Part shown: positions 39,176-51,330 of the stretch, in pieces
How the letters are laid out: the number at the start of each line of letters is the position of its first letter
How positions within the stretch are numbered: position 1 is the stretch's first letter
Program-made: the position numbers and the translations under genes
Notes under the pieces: generated by a model
Told to the model about the DNA's origin: nothing
The model's database searches: none
The model's input: only the letters and a program-made list of their open reading frames with translations
Source of the DNA: an uncultured cyanobacterium
Lineage (GTDB): Bacteria > Cyanobacteriota > Cyanobacteriia > Cyanobacteriales > Cyanobacteriaceae
Length of the DNA stretch: 64,000 bases
Assembly: GCA_963749915.1 (NCBI GenBank)
Contig: CAVVOP010000032.1
Location: forward strand, 32,001 to 96,000
Direction of reading: 5' to 3'

Positions 39176-40369
39176 ATGGCAAGTAAAAAAAAAGAGCAAA
39201 ATTGGGGTTATTGGTTTTTATTACCTCTTTATCCTTATCAACAACGCCCCACGTTAAGACAAGAAGTTGTTAAGGATACTGTTTGGACATTTGAGCAACC
39301 TCACGGGTTATTATATGCTGTTGTGCCAATTCGGATGACGGTGATCAAACTCCTCCAGGGTGGCTTATTAGTATATTGTCCGATCGCCCCAACTCAAGAA
39401 TGTGTTAATCTTGTCAGAGAATTGGAAAATAATCACGGAAAAGTGAAGTATATTATCCACTCTACCAGTTCAGGGTTAGAGCATAAAATTTTTGTGGGTC
39501 CTTTTGCTCGTCGTTTCCCTACCGCCGAAGTTTGGAGTGCTCCTAGTCAGTGGAGTTTTCCCCTTAATTTACCTATCACATGGCTTGGGTTTCCCCCTCG
39601 ACGCACGAAAATTTTACCCTTCGATTACCGAGAATCTCCCTTCGCTGATGAATTTCAATATCAGATTTTAGACATCGATTTAAGTAAAGGCTCTTTTGTT
39701 GAAGTAGCTTTATTACATAAACAATCTAAAACTCTTTTAGTCACCGATACCGTCATCAAAATTCCCCGACAACCACCAGCTATTCTTGAATTAAATCCTT
39801 TTCCTTTGCTTTTTCATGCCAGAGAAACCGCCTTAGATAATCTCGAAAATACCAGGGAAAATCGTCTTAAGGGTTGGCAGAGAATTTGTTTATTTGCCCT
39901 TTATTTTCGTCCTAGTGTGATAGAAACCACTACCATCAAACAATTAATTCAAGAAGCCATAAATGCCCCGAATCGTTCTCGTGCTAATTATTTCGGTTTA
40001 TTTCCTTTTCGGTGGCAAAAAAATTGGCAAAAATCCTTTGAGGCGATCGCTAATCGAGAAATACCTTTTGTTGCACCGATACTCGAAACTTTAATTTTAC
40101 CCCAAGCACCCCAAGAAGTGATTAATTGGGCGAGTATAATATCAACATGGGATTTTAAGCAAATTATTCCCGCTCATTTTACCGCACCGATAGAAACAAA
40201 ACCGTCACAATTTCGTCAAGCATTTTCCTTTTTAGAAAACAACCCCAATGTGCCCGAAAAAATCTACCTCAGCGGCAATGAGCAAATTTACCGCCGGGAT
40301 GGTAATTTTATTAAACAACTAGAAGCTACATTAGTTAAATTCAAAATAGCAAAACCACCGAAGATATAA
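39176..40369 (+). CDS. DUF4336 family (metallo-beta-lactamase-like) protein
   Basis: PIRMTVIKL, SGLEHKIF, TLLVTD and IIPAHF motifs. The ATG of MASKK is preferred over the TTG at 39137. Confidence 0.85.
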   Translation: MASKKKEQNWGYWFLLPLYPYQQRPTLRQEVVKDTVWTFEQPHGLLYAVVPIRMTVIKLLQGGLLVYCPIAPTQECVNLVRELENNHGKVKYIIHSTSSGLEHKIFVGPFARRFPTAEVWSAPSQWSFPLNLPITWLGFPPRRTKILPFDYRESPFADEFQYQILDIDLSKGSFVEVALLHKQSKTLLVTDTVIKIPRQPPAILELNPFPLLFHARETALDNLENTRENRLKGWQRICLFALYFRPSVIETTTIKQLIQEAINAPNRSRANYFGLFPFRWQKNWQKSFEAIANREIPFVAPILETLILPQAPQEVINWASIISTWDFKQIIPAHFTAPIETKPSQFRQAFSFLENNPNVPEKIYLSGNEQIYRRDGNFIKQLEATLVKFKIAKPPKI

Positions 40370-40420
40370 CCTGTGGCTTTGCCATGGGTACAATTTGAAA
40401 ATTACCGACATCGGAGTTAT

Positions 40421-42328
40421 TTATTTACTCAACATGGGTTGTTTTTTGGAAAAATCGGCAACAATTTGACGAAAAACATTGCCATCAATAGATTCTTTCT
40501 CGATTAACTGATCTACTAAATTATCAATTAAAGCCCGATTATCACTAATAATTTTTTTGGCATTTTCATAACACTGGGAGACAATTCCCTGAATTTGTAA
40601 ATCGATTTTTTCCGCAATTTCTTGGGAATACTCAGATCGATTAATGGTATCATTGCCTAGGAATATGGGTTGTTCTTCTCCTTCTAAAGCGATGGGGCCT
40701 AATTCCGACATTCCGAATTTAGTTACGATTTGACGGGTTAAAGATGTAACTCTTTCAATGTCATTTCCTGCCCCTGTGGTTATTTCACCATCACCGAAAA
40801 TAACCTCTTCGGCTGCCCTTCCCCCTAGTAAACCTGTAATACGGGCAAACAGTTGGGTTTTAGAAATCAAACCCTGTTCTTCATCGGGAGTAAACCATGT
40901 TAAACCCCTTGCCTGTCCTCTAGGAATAAGGGTGACTTTTTCCACGGGATCGTGACCTTTAGTAAAAGTACCTACAATTGCGTGACCAATTTCGTGATAG
41001 GCGATTAACCTTTTACTCTTACTATCCACTAAAGGAGTGCCTTCCATTCCCGCAATAACTCGATCGATTGCCGCATCTATTTCCGCCATTGTCACCGCTT
41101 CTTTTCTTCTTCTGACCGTTAAAATAGCGGCTTCATTAAGTAAATTGGCTAAATCTGCTCCCGAAAATCCTGGAGTCCTTTGGGCGATGGTGTCTAAGCA
41201 GACTTCAGGATCTATTTTTTTGGTGGCGGCATGAACATTTAAAATCCCTAAACGTCCGTTTAAATCGGGATAATCGACAATAACTTGGCGATCGAACCTT
41301 CCGGGGCGTAATAAGGCACTATCCAACACATCTGGGCGATTAGTGGCGGCAATGACAATAATCCCCGTATTACCCTCAAATCCGTCCATTTCCGTCAATA
41401 ATTGGTTTAAGGTTTGTTCCCTCTCATCGTTACCGCCGCCGATGCCTGTACCCCTTTGTCGTCCTACTGCATCAATTTCATCAATAAACACCAAGCAGGG
41501 GGCAATTTCTTTGGCTTTTTTGAATAAGTCACGGACTCGAGAAGCACCAACTCCTACAAACATCTCGACAAATTCGGAGCCAGAAATGCTGAAAAAAGGA
41601 ACTTGAGCTTCTCCGGCGATGGCTTTAGCTAAAAGAGTTTTACCTGTACCCGGAGGACCTATTAATAAAACACCTCTAGGAATTTTAGCTCCAACGGCGG
41701 TAAATTTATCAGGGGTTTTTAAAAATACCACGACTTCCCCTAATTCTTCCTTAGCTTCCTCAATTCCTGCTACATCCTTAAATTCAACTCCCGTAGTGGC
41801 TTCCATTTGAAATCTTGCCCTTGATTTACCGAAATTCATTGCCCCGACAGCACTATTAGCAGATTTTTTGATCAACAGGAATAAACCAATAATCAAGATA
41901 AGCAATATTCCTAGTTGCATCGTGTTAAGTAAAGCGGCGGTGTTAGCGGCAGAAGATTCCACCACAAAATCAACCCCTTTTTCTCGAATTTTGGCAATCA
42001 ATTCAGGATTTTGATTAAATAACTTGACTTTTTCTGGTTGATTCTGATTTTCTCCTTTCAAATAAACATAGGCGATATTAGTAGAAGGGTCAATGGAAAC
42101 TTTCTTTACTTCCCCTGTTTCCAAGCTTTTGAGTAAATCACTGAAATTAAATTGCTCTTTTTTGTCTTGTGCCAAAACACCATTGCCAGTAAAAAACGTT
42201 TGTAATAGCAATAAACTTCCAGCCACTAAACTGATAATTTTTTTGTTTTTAGATACTTTATTTTTGTTTAATTTTTGATGATGACTGTGCATTTGATGAT
42301 TCTCTAAAATAATTGATAAATTATTCAA
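40421..42328 (-). CDS. ftsH: ATP-dependent zinc metalloprotease FtsH
   Basis: [27 protein letters not shown] and the HEIGH zinc motif. Confidence 0.97.
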   Translation of the reverse strand: MNNLSIILENHQMHSHHQKLNKNKVSKNKKIISLVAGSLLLLQTFFTGNGVLAQDKKEQFNFSDLLKSLETGEVKKVSIDPSTNIAYVYLKGENQNQPEKVKLFNQNPELIAKIREKGVDFVVESSAANTAALLNTMQLGILLILIIGLFLLIKKSANSAVGAMNFGKSRARFQMEATTGVEFKDVAGIEEAKEELGEVVVFLKTPDKFTAVGAKIPRGVLLIGPPGTGKTLLAKAIAGEAQVPFFSISGSEFVEMFVGVGASRVRDLFKKAKEIAPCLVFIDEIDAVGRQRGTGIGGGNDEREQTLNQLLTEMDGFEGNTGIIVIAATNRPDVLDSALLRPGRFDRQVIVDYPDLNGRLGILNVHAATKKIDPEVCLDTIAQRTPGFSGADLANLLNEAAILTVRRRKEAVTMAEIDAAIDRVIAGMEGTPLVDSKSKRLIAYHEIGHAIVGTFTKGHDPVEKVTLIPRGQARGLTWFTPDEEQGLISKTQLFARITGLLGGRAAEEVIFGDGEITTGAGNDIERVTSLTRQIVTKFGMSELGPIALEGEEQPIFLGNDTINRSEYSQEIAEKIDLQIQGIVSQCYENAKKIISDNRALIDNLVDQLIEKESIDGNVFRQIVADFSKKQPMLSK

Positions 42329-42362
42329 CTAAATGAAATTTACTTGCCTGTGTTTATTATCC

Positions 42363-44030
42363 TCAATTTTTTATTCTATTACCTATCCCCTGTAAAATAC
42401 CTTTACCAATTAACCCGATGCCTTTACCAAGGACTTCCGTCAGTAAATAAACAACAACTTTACCCAAAGTATCACCGAGGGATTTTATGCCTTTGGATAG
42501 ACTATCCCTCAATTCAATCAAAATTGTCACCCATAAGGGTATTCCCCGTATAGTGTTTAATTCTCCATCACGAGGGTGAGTTATCCTACAGGTTTCGATG
42601 CCTTGATAGGTTAATTTTAACATTTCATATTGATCTTCAAAGATATTTCTCGGATTCTGCCAATATTTTTCTTGACGATATGCCCAAACTAAATTATTCC
42701 GAAACATAGCTACTTTGCGAGAAGATTTTAAATCTAAGGCAAATAGATTATGCTTAATATTTAGGTTGTCAGCAAATTCATTAAGGGTAAAGTCCATGAC
42801 GTCGTTGGCGATATTAATAACTATATTCTGAAAAATAATTTCTTCTATATCTTTAGCTGATTGACTGTCATATTGATAAACTCGATTATCGACTACTAAA
42901 TCTTTTTGATAAACTTGGTAACTGAGAATATCCGCTAGAAAAGGTATTTTGGATAAAGTTTCTGATAAAAAAAAATCAGCATTTTGTAAAACTGATTCTA
43001 CCAAATCATAAGAATTTTCATTGTTGTAGCCAATTTTATAATATCTACTAAGAAATTTAATAGTCGAATTTTGCCATAAATCTTTAACAAAAATATTGAC
43101 CTTTTCCCATAACTCTTCTTCCCTTAAATTATTGTTCTCTAAATCTTTAATCAAATTAATCCATTCTTGAATAATTATAATTAATAATTCTTGTTTTTTT
43201 GACTGTTGCAAGATATCAATTGATAGTAATTTTTCTGTAGAATTTTTTACAGATCCTTTGATTTTAGCTAAGGTTAAATCGTATAAATTTTGGGAATTTC
43301 TACTTACGAGAATCTGACTGTTAAGATTGTCGGGTAAATCATTGTTTTGACTATTATCTGATGCCCCAGATTCCAAAGTAAAATTGGAGATAACCCCAGG
43401 ATAATTAGGCATTAACTGATTTACAAGCCATTTAGCCAGTTTTAATTCTCTTTTTCTTCCCTGCCAATATAAAACATTCCCCAGGGATAATTTTTTCCCT
43501 TGAATGTAATCATCAATGCTGATTATTTCCCGTTGAATTTGTTCTAAGCCAAATCTACATTGATCATGTAACCAATTATAAATATTTTTAGATTTAACTA
43601 AAGAATTGCTATTAATGAAACAAGTTTTTCCTGAACCACAAAGTCTAAAAGTTTTGACTAATTCATTAATATCGCTATCTTTATAACAACATCCTTTAAT
43701 CATAGGAATTAGAGAAAAATCACCAATAAAACCCCATGAAAGTAAAATGATTATTGATAAGTTACCAAACTCATCATTTAATTTTTCGAGGGCATTTAGG
43801 AATTTTTTTGCTTTATCAGGATATTTATTAAAATCTAAGGATACAATCCATAAATCTGTTTGATATTGTGTTAATAAAGCGGAAAAATCTGATATTTTAC
43901 CCGTAGCAATTATATTTATATCCTTAAATTCTTCCCCACTCAAAATTTCTCTTAATCCTAAAAGAAATATGGGGTCATCATCTAATAAGATTAAATTAAT
44001 TTTGGTTTTATTGGTGTTAGTAAAGGACAT
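42363..44030 (-). CDS. DUF3685/Ycf55-like protein with N-terminal receiver-like domain
   Basis: LILLDDDPIF N-terminus, GRKRELKLAKWL, and C-terminal YLLTEVLGKGIGLIGKGILQGIG. Confidence 0.85.
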   Translation of the reverse strand: MSFTNTNKTKINLILLDDDPIFLLGLREILSGEEFKDINIIATGKISDFSALLTQYQTDLWIVSLDFNKYPDKAKKFLNALEKLNDEFGNLSIIILLSWGFIGDFSLIPMIKGCCYKDSDINELVKTFRLCGSGKTCFINSNSLVKSKNIYNWLHDQCRFGLEQIQREIISIDDYIQGKKLSLGNVLYWQGRKRELKLAKWLVNQLMPNYPGVISNFTLESGASDNSQNNDLPDNLNSQILVSRNSQNLYDLTLAKIKGSVKNSTEKLLSIDILQQSKKQELLIIIIQEWINLIKDLENNNLREEELWEKVNIFVKDLWQNSTIKFLSRYYKIGYNNENSYDLVESVLQNADFFLSETLSKIPFLADILSYQVYQKDLVVDNRVYQYDSQSAKDIEEIIFQNIVINIANDVMDFTLNEFADNLNIKHNLFALDLKSSRKVAMFRNNLVWAYRQEKYWQNPRNIFEDQYEMLKLTYQGIETCRITHPRDGELNTIRGIPLWVTILIELRDSLSKGIKSLGDTLGKVVVYLLTEVLGKGIGLIGKGILQGIGNRIKN

Positions 44031-44075
44031 TATTTTATCACAGGCAATAAATAATTAATAATGAGCTATAAACAG

Positions 44076-44531
44076 TCAATTTACAATTTCTGATGGTTCG
44101 TTTTTATAACCATAAAAATCAATACGATAATGGGCTACTTTCACCCCTGTTTTTTGTTCAATGGTTTTAATTAATTCTGAGGGTAATTCTACCTGTATAT
44201 CCATAATTTGATTGGTGTCCAAGACATTAACATGACTATGATCTTCGCAAAAGTTGCCGTATAGTCTTCCTTCATGTCTTTCGACACATTCAATAATTCC
44301 TTGACTCGACAATGCCTCCAAATTTTGATAAACAGATGTGTGTCCAATGTCTTTCCCTTGCTGACTTAGAAGATCATAAATTTCTTTTGCCGATAAGTGT
44401 TCCCGTTGTGACCACAACAATTCAAGAATAAAACGTCTTTGGCGAGAGAGTCTCATGCCTAATTCTTGACAACGATTGAGGGCATCTTTTAAGGAGCGAA
44501 TTTTTTTTGCTGTTGCTCCTGATTTTTTCAT
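44076..44531 (-). CDS. furC: Fur-family transcriptional repressor, FurC/PerR-like
   Basis: GMRLSRQRRFILELLW...HLSAKEIY...IGHTSVYQNLEAL...HSHVN. Confidence 0.85.
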   Translation of the reverse strand: MKKSGATAKKIRSLKDALNRCQELGMRLSRQRRFILELLWSQREHLSAKEIYDLLSQQGKDIGHTSVYQNLEALSSQGIIECVERHEGRLYGNFCEDHSHVNVLDTNQIMDIQVELPSELIKTIEQKTGVKVAHYRIDFYGYKNEPSEIVN

Positions 44532-44815
44532 GTTCTCCTATAGTATCTTTTTGCTAAAATAAACTTACTACTACTTTAACCTAAGTAACACAAGTTTGAA
44601 CATTGACCCTAAAAAAATATACTTCTTGTAATTATAAAAAATGTGAGTTTGGTCAAAAAAAATATTCCCAAATTAAGTTTAAGAGTAGAGCCTAACTACT
44701 ACTAATCAAGACCATAAATATACTATTGATTTTTATTTTTTGGAGATGTCTAATAATTCCGTTAAAGGTAAATTAAAATATGGATATTTTTTAAAAATTT
44801 TGTGCCCTTAGGAAA

Positions 44816-45574
44816 ATGATGATTTGGCTTATTGGTGGAACATCAGAAAGTGTAGCGATCGCAAAATTATTAACAACCCATAACAGCAATTTGATTATTT
44901 CCGTGACCACTGCCGCCGCCTCGCAACTTTATCAATCAGTAGAAAAACGACAGATTTTCGTAGGGAAACTGTCAGTAACGGCAATGGTTGAGTTTATTAA
45001 ACAACATCGAATCAGTAAGGTGATAGATGCGAGTCATCCTTTTGCCGTTGACATTTCTCAGGGGGTGATTAAGGTTTGTCAGAATTTGGGATTACCCTAT
45101 CTGAGATATGAGCGCCCTTGTATTGATTTTCCCGATCAAACTTCATCTATTACGGTGATTTCTTCTCTCTCCTCTTTACTAGCAGAAGATTCGCCTTTGA
45201 AAAATAAACGGGTATTATTAACCATAGGAGCGAAATTTTTAGCTTTATTCGCCGAATTTCATCACCAAGCTGAACTTTACGCTAGAATACTTCCCTATGA
45301 GGATTCTATCGCTCAAGCCTATCAATCAGGATTTGAATGCCATCGTATTATAGCCATCCGCCCTCCTTTTAACTTTACCTTTGAAAAAGCCTTATGGGAA
45401 TTATGGAATATTGAGATAGTGGTGACAAAAGCCGGGGGTAAACCTGGGGGGGAAGACATTAAATATCAGGTAGCAAAGGCTTTGGGAATTTCCTTAATAG
45501 TAATTGAAAGACCAACTTTAGATTATCCTCTAATTACTGATCGATTAGAAGATATTTCTCAGTTTATCAATTAA
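44816..45574 (+). CDS. cobK: Precorrin-6A / cobalt-precorrin-6A reductase
   Basis: IGGTSES, VIDASHPFA, YLRYERP and VVTKAGG. Confidence 0.93.
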   Translation: MMIWLIGGTSESVAIAKLLTTHNSNLIISVTTAAASQLYQSVEKRQIFVGKLSVTAMVEFIKQHRISKVIDASHPFAVDISQGVIKVCQNLGLPYLRYERPCIDFPDQTSSITVISSLSSLLAEDSPLKNKRVLLTIGAKFLALFAEFHHQAELYARILPYEDSIAQAYQSGFECHRIIAIRPPFNFTFEKALWELWNIEIVVTKAGGKPGGEDIKYQVAKALGISLIVIERPTLDYPLITDRLEDISQFIN

Positions 45575-45679
45575 TGTCGGTTTGGAGATACCTATGCCCT
45601 GCCCTTTCTGGGGACATGAAAAAGTAAGTACACAAACACAGCAAAACGGGTAGCTGAACTCCGAACTAAGTTATCATCA

Positions 45680-46411
45680 GTGATAGCAGTAAATTTGTTG
45701 TCCATGACTATGGAAATCTTAATAGTAGAAGACGAGAAAGAAATCGCCCAACTCATCAACACCTGTTTAACTAGGGAAGGATTCCAATGTCATATCGCCT
45801 ATGACGGATTATCTGCCCTCGACAATGCCAAAACAATACAACCAGATTTAATTATTCTCGATCTCATGTTACCCAAACTTGACGGTTTGGAAGTCTGTAA
45901 CCGAGTTAGAAATCAAGGAATGACAAAAGACCCCTATATCTTAATGTTAACAGCAAAAGGGGAGGAGATTGATCGAGTTATCGGTTTATCCACTGGGGCG
46001 GATGATTACCTCGTAAAGCCTTTCAGCCCAAGGGAATTGGTTGCCAGAGTTAGAGCCTTATTGCGGCGTACTATGCGTCATGGTGGTCAAGGACAAATTT
46101 ATGAAACTCCCCACTTTACATTGAATTTAGACGAACATACTGCCACTCGCCAACTAGAAAATGGGCGGGAGGAGGAATTAGATTTAACAGCCTTAGAATT
46201 TAATTTATTAGCGGCTTTTGTCAATTATCCGAGTAAAGTATGGAGTCGCACTCAATTAATCGATAAACTTTGGGGGGCGGATTTTTTTGGCGACGAAAGA
46301 GTCGTTGATACCCATATTCGCCGTTTACGCAAAAAAATTGAGCCAAATCCTGCACAACCTTCTTTTATAAAAACCGTTGTTGGTGTTGGCTATAAATTTG
46401 AAGACGATTAG
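45680..46411 (+). CDS. OmpR-family response regulator
   Basis: Receiver domain (ILDLMLP, GADDYLVKPF) plus winged helix (VDTHIRRLRKK, TVVGVGY). The start may be ATG 45704 or 45710. Confidence 0.93.
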   Translation: MIAVNLLSMTMEILIVEDEKEIAQLINTCLTREGFQCHIAYDGLSALDNAKTIQPDLIILDLMLPKLDGLEVCNRVRNQGMTKDPYILMLTAKGEEIDRVIGLSTGADDYLVKPFSPRELVARVRALLRRTMRHGGQGQIYETPHFTLNLDEHTATRQLENGREEELDLTALEFNLLAAFVNYPSKVWSRTQLIDKLWGADFFGDERVVDTHIRRLRKKIEPNPAQPSFIKTVVGVGYKFEDD

Positions 46412-46535
46412 GAATGAGAATTAAACAAAATATCGCTGAAAAATGCTATTATCTTACCAAAAGCTATCCCCAAGATGAATTGTCTGGAATGACGCAATGA
46501 ATACGTAGAGCAGCTTCTTCTATATTAATCTGTCA

Positions 46536-47324
46536 ATGAAAATCGCCACGTGGAATGTTAACTCAATTCGTATCCGTAAACAACAAGTAAAACAATGGTT
46601 AATTGATAATAATGTTGATCTAATTTGTTTACAAGAAACCAAAGTTATTGACGCTGATTTTCCTGTAGATTTTTTTAGTGATGTTGGTTATCATGCCTAT
46701 ATTTATGGACAAAAAGCCTATAATGGCGTTGCGATTTTTAGTCGTCAACCTTTAGAAGATATTAAATATGGCTTTTCTGAAGTTTTATCAGAAAATATTG
46801 TTAATAATTTTGATGAACAAAAAAGGGTAATTAGCGGAGTTATTAATAATATGAGAATAGTCAATCTTTATGTGCCAAATGGAAATTCTTTAGGTTCAGA
46901 AAAGTATGAGTATAAATTAGGATGGTTAGAGATCTTAAAAGAATATTTGACTACTTTGAAAAATGAAAATTCAGAAGAATTATTAGTCTGCGGAGATTTT
47001 AATATTGCCCTGGAGGATAAAGATATTTATAAGCCTGAGGGTAAGGAAAATCATATTATGGCTTCAACAGTAGAAAGAAATGCTTTAAAGACAATTTTAA
47101 ATTTAGGATTGACGGATGTTTTTCGTAAATTTACTTCCGAGGGTGATTATTATAGTTGGTGGGACTACCGTCAAGGTGGTTTTAATAAAAATAGAGGTTG
47201 GCGAATTGATCATATTTATTTAACGGATAAATTATATCACGAAGCTATTAATTGTTATATTGATATTATTCCTAGGAAATCAACTCAACCTAGCGATCAT
47301 GCTCCTGTTATTTGTGAGTTTTAA
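46536..47324 (+). CDS. xth: Exodeoxyribonuclease III
   Basis: TWNVNSIR, LQETK, GDFNIA, GWRIDH and SDHAPV. Confidence 0.96.
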   Translation: MKIATWNVNSIRIRKQQVKQWLIDNNVDLICLQETKVIDADFPVDFFSDVGYHAYIYGQKAYNGVAIFSRQPLEDIKYGFSEVLSENIVNNFDEQKRVISGVINNMRIVNLYVPNGNSLGSEKYEYKLGWLEILKEYLTTLKNENSEELLVCGDFNIALEDKDIYKPEGKENHIMASTVERNALKTILNLGLTDVFRKFTSEGDYYSWWDYRQGGFNKNRGWRIDHIYLTDKLYHEAINCYIDIIPRKSTQPSDHAPVICEF

Positions 47325-47641
47325 AATTATTATTCCTCAGGAAAATAAAACAAGATTTTAATAGTTTTAGTCATCAGTGACAAATTCTCGATTTTCTTAA
47401 CTTGTCAGCAATGGGCACTCAGTGATATAATCGTTAGTGTCAGGAAAAGCAATCAAGATTCCTCGTCAACCTGAAAGTGAATTTGGCAATAAATAATGAG
47501 CGAATTTCTGGAAATTAGGACGAATCTCTCGGAGGAGGGAAACCTATAACTAAACCTAAATCGAATTGAGACGAGAGTTCACCTCAGCAAACCATAGCCC
47601 AACTCAGTTACAACTGGATACTTTGATGACTGGAGGTATCG

Positions 47642-48637
47642 ATGGCTGGAAGCGAATTTAAAGACTATTATGCAATTTTAGGAGTAAGTAAAACTGCCAC
47701 CCAGGAGGAAATCAAGAAAGCCTACCGTAAGTTGGCACGGAAATGTCACCCTGATCTTAATCCTGACAATAAGGGGGCGGAGGCACGCTTTAAGGAAATC
47801 AACGAAGCGCAAGAAGTCCTGTCTGACCCTGAAAAACGTCAAAAATATGACCAATTTGGTCAGTATTGGCAACAAGCGTCTGCCGGTGTGCCACCGCCAG
47901 GTGGTGCTGGGATGGATTTTGGGCAGTATGGTAGTTTTGATGACTTCATTAATGAATTACTGGGACGTTTTGGTCGAGGTGGTAATGCACCTGGACGAAG
48001 GGTCTATAGCTATCGCACCAAGACTGGACCGGAAGGTTTTCGGGAATATGTGGATCTTGACGGCGGTGCCGATCCCTTTAGTCATTTTACCGATATTCCA
48101 GCACAAGATACCGTCGCGGCCATTGCCCTCACTTTTTCAGAAGCTTTTCGCGGCACCCAAAAACGCCTACAAATTGGAGAGGAAACGGTTACGGTTCGTA
48201 TTCCCGCGGGGGCAAAATCGGGCAGTCGCCTTAGATTGAAGGGCAAGGGGCAGATTAGTCCCTTAAGTCAGCAAAGGGGAGATCTCTATCTGACCATCGA
48301 ACTATTACCTCATCACGTCTTTAAATTTGAGGGAGATAATATTGCCTGCGACATTTCCATTAGTCCAGAAGAGGCAGTACTGGGGGCGCAGATTGATGTG
48401 CCTACTCCCGATGGTAAGGTGACAATGACGATTCCCTCCGGTGTGGACTCTGGACAGGCATTACGCTTACGGGGTAAGGGCTGGCGCAATCCCAAGGGTG
48501 AGCGTACGGATTTAATCGCACGGCTCAAAATTGTCACCCCGAAAGATTTAACCCCGAAGGAAAAAGAATATTACGAAAAATTGCGGCAAATCAGTCATTT
48601 TAATCCCCGTCGAACCTTAGCGGAGGTGAGCTTATGA
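47642..48637 (+). CDS. cbpA: DnaJ-class curved DNA-binding protein CbpA
   Basis: J domain (HPD) and DnaJ C-terminal domain, with no Zn finger. Confidence 0.9.
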   Translation: MAGSEFKDYYAILGVSKTATQEEIKKAYRKLARKCHPDLNPDNKGAEARFKEINEAQEVLSDPEKRQKYDQFGQYWQQASAGVPPPGGAGMDFGQYGSFDDFINELLGRFGRGGNAPGRRVYSYRTKTGPEGFREYVDLDGGADPFSHFTDIPAQDTVAAIALTFSEAFRGTQKRLQIGEETVTVRIPAGAKSGSRLRLKGKGQISPLSQQRGDLYLTIELLPHHVFKFEGDNIACDISISPEEAVLGAQIDVPTPDGKVTMTIPSGVDSGQALRLRGKGWRNPKGERTDLIARLKIVTPKDLTPKEKEYYEKLRQISHFNPRRTLAEVSL

Positions 48638-48942
48638 GTTCCCATTTTAGTCTGTCTCCCATCGTCTGGTCTGAAGGAGGAGATCGCCTTTACAATTTTG
48701 AGCAAGCGGCTTACTTTACCCAAACTTCTGTTTCCGTACTCGAAAGATTTGCTAGCCTAGGACTGATTGAACCCGTTGGCTCAATGTTGCATTGCCAGGA
48801 TTTAATTCGAGTGGTAAAGTTGCAAAGATTGCGTCGCGATTTAGGTTTAAATCTGGTAGGTGCCGCAATGGTGCTAGATATGGCGGCAGAAATTGCCCAA
48901 CTCAGGGCCCAATTAAATGCCTATCGTACAGCACAAAAATAG
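48634..48942 (+). CDS. cbpM: Chaperone modulator CbpM (MerR-like)
   Basis: ATGA overlap with cbpA and [19 protein letters not shown] motif. Confidence 0.88.
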   Translation: MSSHFSLSPIVWSEGGDRLYNFEQAAYFTQTSVSVLERFASLGLIEPVGSMLHCQDLIRVVKLQRLRRDLGLNLVGAAMVLDMAAEIAQLRAQLNAYRTAQK

Positions 48943-48993
48943 ACTAATTGTTTTAACCCATGGAACCAAATTTTTAAAATCAGGAATTAAATC

Positions 48994-49395
48994 ATGAACG
49001 AAATAAATCAAAACACCTCGTCCGACATCGTTATCAGTTCCCAAACTGATGCGCTTGTTGAACAAGAAATGGCGGGCGAAAATGCCGACTTAAAGGAAGA
49101 AACTAAAGCATTGATTGAAGCGATCAAAAAACGTGCCCAGTCTGAAATCCAGACGGCTCAAGACCTTACCCGTGAAGGCTACCTAAATGCAGTCCGTCAA
49201 GCCAGAGAGGCCATCGAACAAACTCAACTCATAAATCCTGATCGCGTTGAACAGTCAGTGCAACTGATTCAACAAGAAGCCCAAAAAAACTGGCAGTCAA
49301 TTACCGATGAAATTCAAAGTCTCGGCGATCGCCTTTCAGAAGCGGCCAAAGCGGCTTGGAACGCCCTCACTCAACCCAAATCTTCTGATTCCTAG
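48994..49395 (+). CDS. Hypothetical helical cyanobacterial protein
   Basis: AGGA RBS, amphipathic helical sequence, co-oriented with cbpAM. Confidence 0.75.
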   Translation: MNEINQNTSSDIVISSQTDALVEQEMAGENADLKEETKALIEAIKKRAQSEIQTAQDLTREGYLNAVRQAREAIEQTQLINPDRVEQSVQLIQQEAQKNWQSITDEIQSLGDRLSEAAKAAWNALTQPKSSDS

Positions 49396-49410
49396 AGATA
49401 AAATTATGAT

Positions 49411-49582
49411 TAGACCTCTTGCAAAAATAGATTTCTCGGTTAGGTAATTTTGGATTTTGGATTGGAAAAGTCTTTCTAACTTGAAAGTACACACTTTCAT
49501 GGTTGGGGGTGAAATTTTTTTCATGACGACTGAATCCTGACTCCTCTGACGGCCGGATTTTTTAACTTTTGCAAGAGGTCTA
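49411..49582. mobile_element. MITE with 16-bp perfect terminal inverted repeats
   Basis: TAGACCTCTTGCAAAA ... TTTTGCAAGAGGTCTA, with internal TTTTGGA heptamers and no coding capacity. Confidence 0.88.
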
Positions 49583-49591
49583 TTGCAGAAG

Positions 49592-50701
49592 CTAAAAGGT
49601 GACAACACTGCGGATAGATTCCCCTTGGTGCATTAAATCAAAAGCTGTGTTAATTTGCTCTAAAGGCATCACATGAGTAATTAAATCATCAATGTTGATT
49701 CTGCCTTCCATATACCAATCCACAATTTTAGGCACATCAGTTCTTCCTCTTGCACCACCAAAAGCACTACCTTTCCAAACTCTGCCTGTAACTAATTGGA
49801 AAGGTCTTGTGCTGATTTCTTCCCCTGCACCGGCCACCCCTATAATAGTACAGACACCCCAGCCTTTATGACAACATTCGAGGGCTTGGCGCATAACTTT
49901 AGTGTTGCCTATACATTCAAAACTATAATCAGCACCCCCTTTAGTTAAGTCAACCAGATAAGGGACTAAATCCCCTTCTATGTCTTGGGGGTTAACAAAA
50001 TGGCTCATGCCAAACTTTTCGGCCATCGCTTTTTTGCTAGAGTTAATATCCACACCGATAATCATGTTGGCACCCACCATTTTCGAGGCTTGGATAACAT
50101 TTAAACCGATACCCCCTAAGCCGAAAACAATCACATTAGCACCAACCTCCACTTTAGCTGTATTAATCACAGCACCAATGCCAGTGGTAACGCCACAACC
50201 AATATAACAAACTTTTTCAAAAGGGGCATCCTTGCGAATTTTAGCGAGGGCAATTTCCGGCACGACGGTATAATTAGAAAAAGTGGAAGTACCCATATAA
50301 TGATATAAAGGTTTGCCATCCAGAAAAAAACGGCTACTACCATTCGGCATTAAACCTTTACCCTGAGTAACTCGGATCGCCTGACAAAGATTAGTCTTGA
50401 AACTGAGACAATATTCACACTCTCGGCATTCTGGTATATATAAAGGGATCACATGATCCCCTGGTTTGAGACTTTTAATATCTTTACCTACCTCTAAAAC
50501 AACTCCTGCCCCTTCATGACCTAAAATGCTGGGAAATAACCCCTCTGGATCTTTCCCCGATAAAGTATAGGCATCAGTATGACAAATTCCGCTGGCTTTA
50601 ATTTCCACTAACACTTCTCCTGGTTGAGGGGGTTGTAAGTCAACGATTTCGACAGTAAGGGGTTTTCCTGCTTCTAAAGCAACGGCGGCTTTAACTTTCA
50701 T
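49592..50701 (-). CDS. frmA: S-(hydroxymethyl)glutathione dehydrogenase / class III alcohol dehydrogenase
   Basis: GICHTD, GHEGAG, structural Zn Cys cluster and [14 protein letters not shown]. Confidence 0.96.
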   Translation of the reverse strand: MKVKAAVALEAGKPLTVEIVDLQPPQPGEVLVEIKASGICHTDAYTLSGKDPEGLFPSILGHEGAGVVLEVGKDIKSLKPGDHVIPLYIPECRECEYCLSFKTNLCQAIRVTQGKGLMPNGSSRFFLDGKPLYHYMGTSTFSNYTVVPEIALAKIRKDAPFEKVCYIGCGVTTGIGAVINTAKVEVGANVIVFGLGGIGLNVIQASKMVGANMIIGVDINSSKKAMAEKFGMSHFVNPQDIEGDLVPYLVDLTKGGADYSFECIGNTKVMRQALECCHKGWGVCTIIGVAGAGEEISTRPFQLVTGRVWKGSAFGGARGRTDVPKIVDWYMEGRINIDDLITHVMPLEQINTAFDLMHQGESIRSVVTF

Positions 50702-50750
50702 ATTAAATACTGAATAAGAGTTGATAAACTTAAATTACATCTACAACCAT

Positions 50751-51248
50751 CTAATTTGGTGCTATCCAAAGTAAGGTTTGTCCGTACTCCACTGGTTCGC
50801 CATTTTCCACGACAATCTCCATTACTTGTCCTGAAACTTCGGCTTCAATTTCGTTCATCAGTTTCATAGCTTCAATAATACAGACAATTTGTCCGTTGGA
50901 AATACGATCGCCAACTTCAACAAAAGGGGCTTCTCCGGGAGTTGGTGCACTGTAAAATGTTCCTACCATCGGCGATGTAATTTCTAACCAATTATCAGTT
51001 TTTTTCACTAGGGAGGCTTTTTCTGTGGCTATAGTTGGTTTGGCCTCTATTTCTGTGAGTTTAGGTGCTTCTAAGGAAGGTGTTGCCACTGATAAGGGCT
51101 GAGGTATAGTATAAGTGGTATTACTGGTGTGAGGACTCGTTTTTTGAAGTGTGAGTTCAAAATCTCCTTCCTTAATCGCTAATTCAGTTATATCTGTTTT
51201 GGCGATCGCCTCGATAAATTCTTGTAGTTGATTAAAATCTATTGGCAC
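50751..51248 (-). CDS. accB: Acetyl-CoA carboxylase biotin carboxyl carrier protein
   Basis: SPMVGTFY and EAMKLMNEI biotinylation motif; adjacent to efp. Confidence 0.97.
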   Translation of the reverse strand: MPIDFNQLQEFIEAIAKTDITELAIKEGDFELTLQKTSPHTSNTTYTIPQPLSVATPSLEAPKLTEIEAKPTIATEKASLVKKTDNWLEITSPMVGTFYSAPTPGEAPFVEVGDRISNGQIVCIIEAMKLMNEIEAEVSGQVMEIVVENGEPVEYGQTLLWIAPN

Positions 51249-51330
51249 TTTTTAATAATATCTATCAATGAGTTAATTAGAATCTGGGATGGCGAAAATA
51301 AATAGTTAGTTTAATGATACTCAATAAAAG

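Noticed and set aside
47370..47416. Imperfect inverted repeat CATCAGTGACAA/TTGTCAGCAATG at the left edge of the cbpA island
   Set aside because: It is too short and degenerate to call an IS end or an operator.
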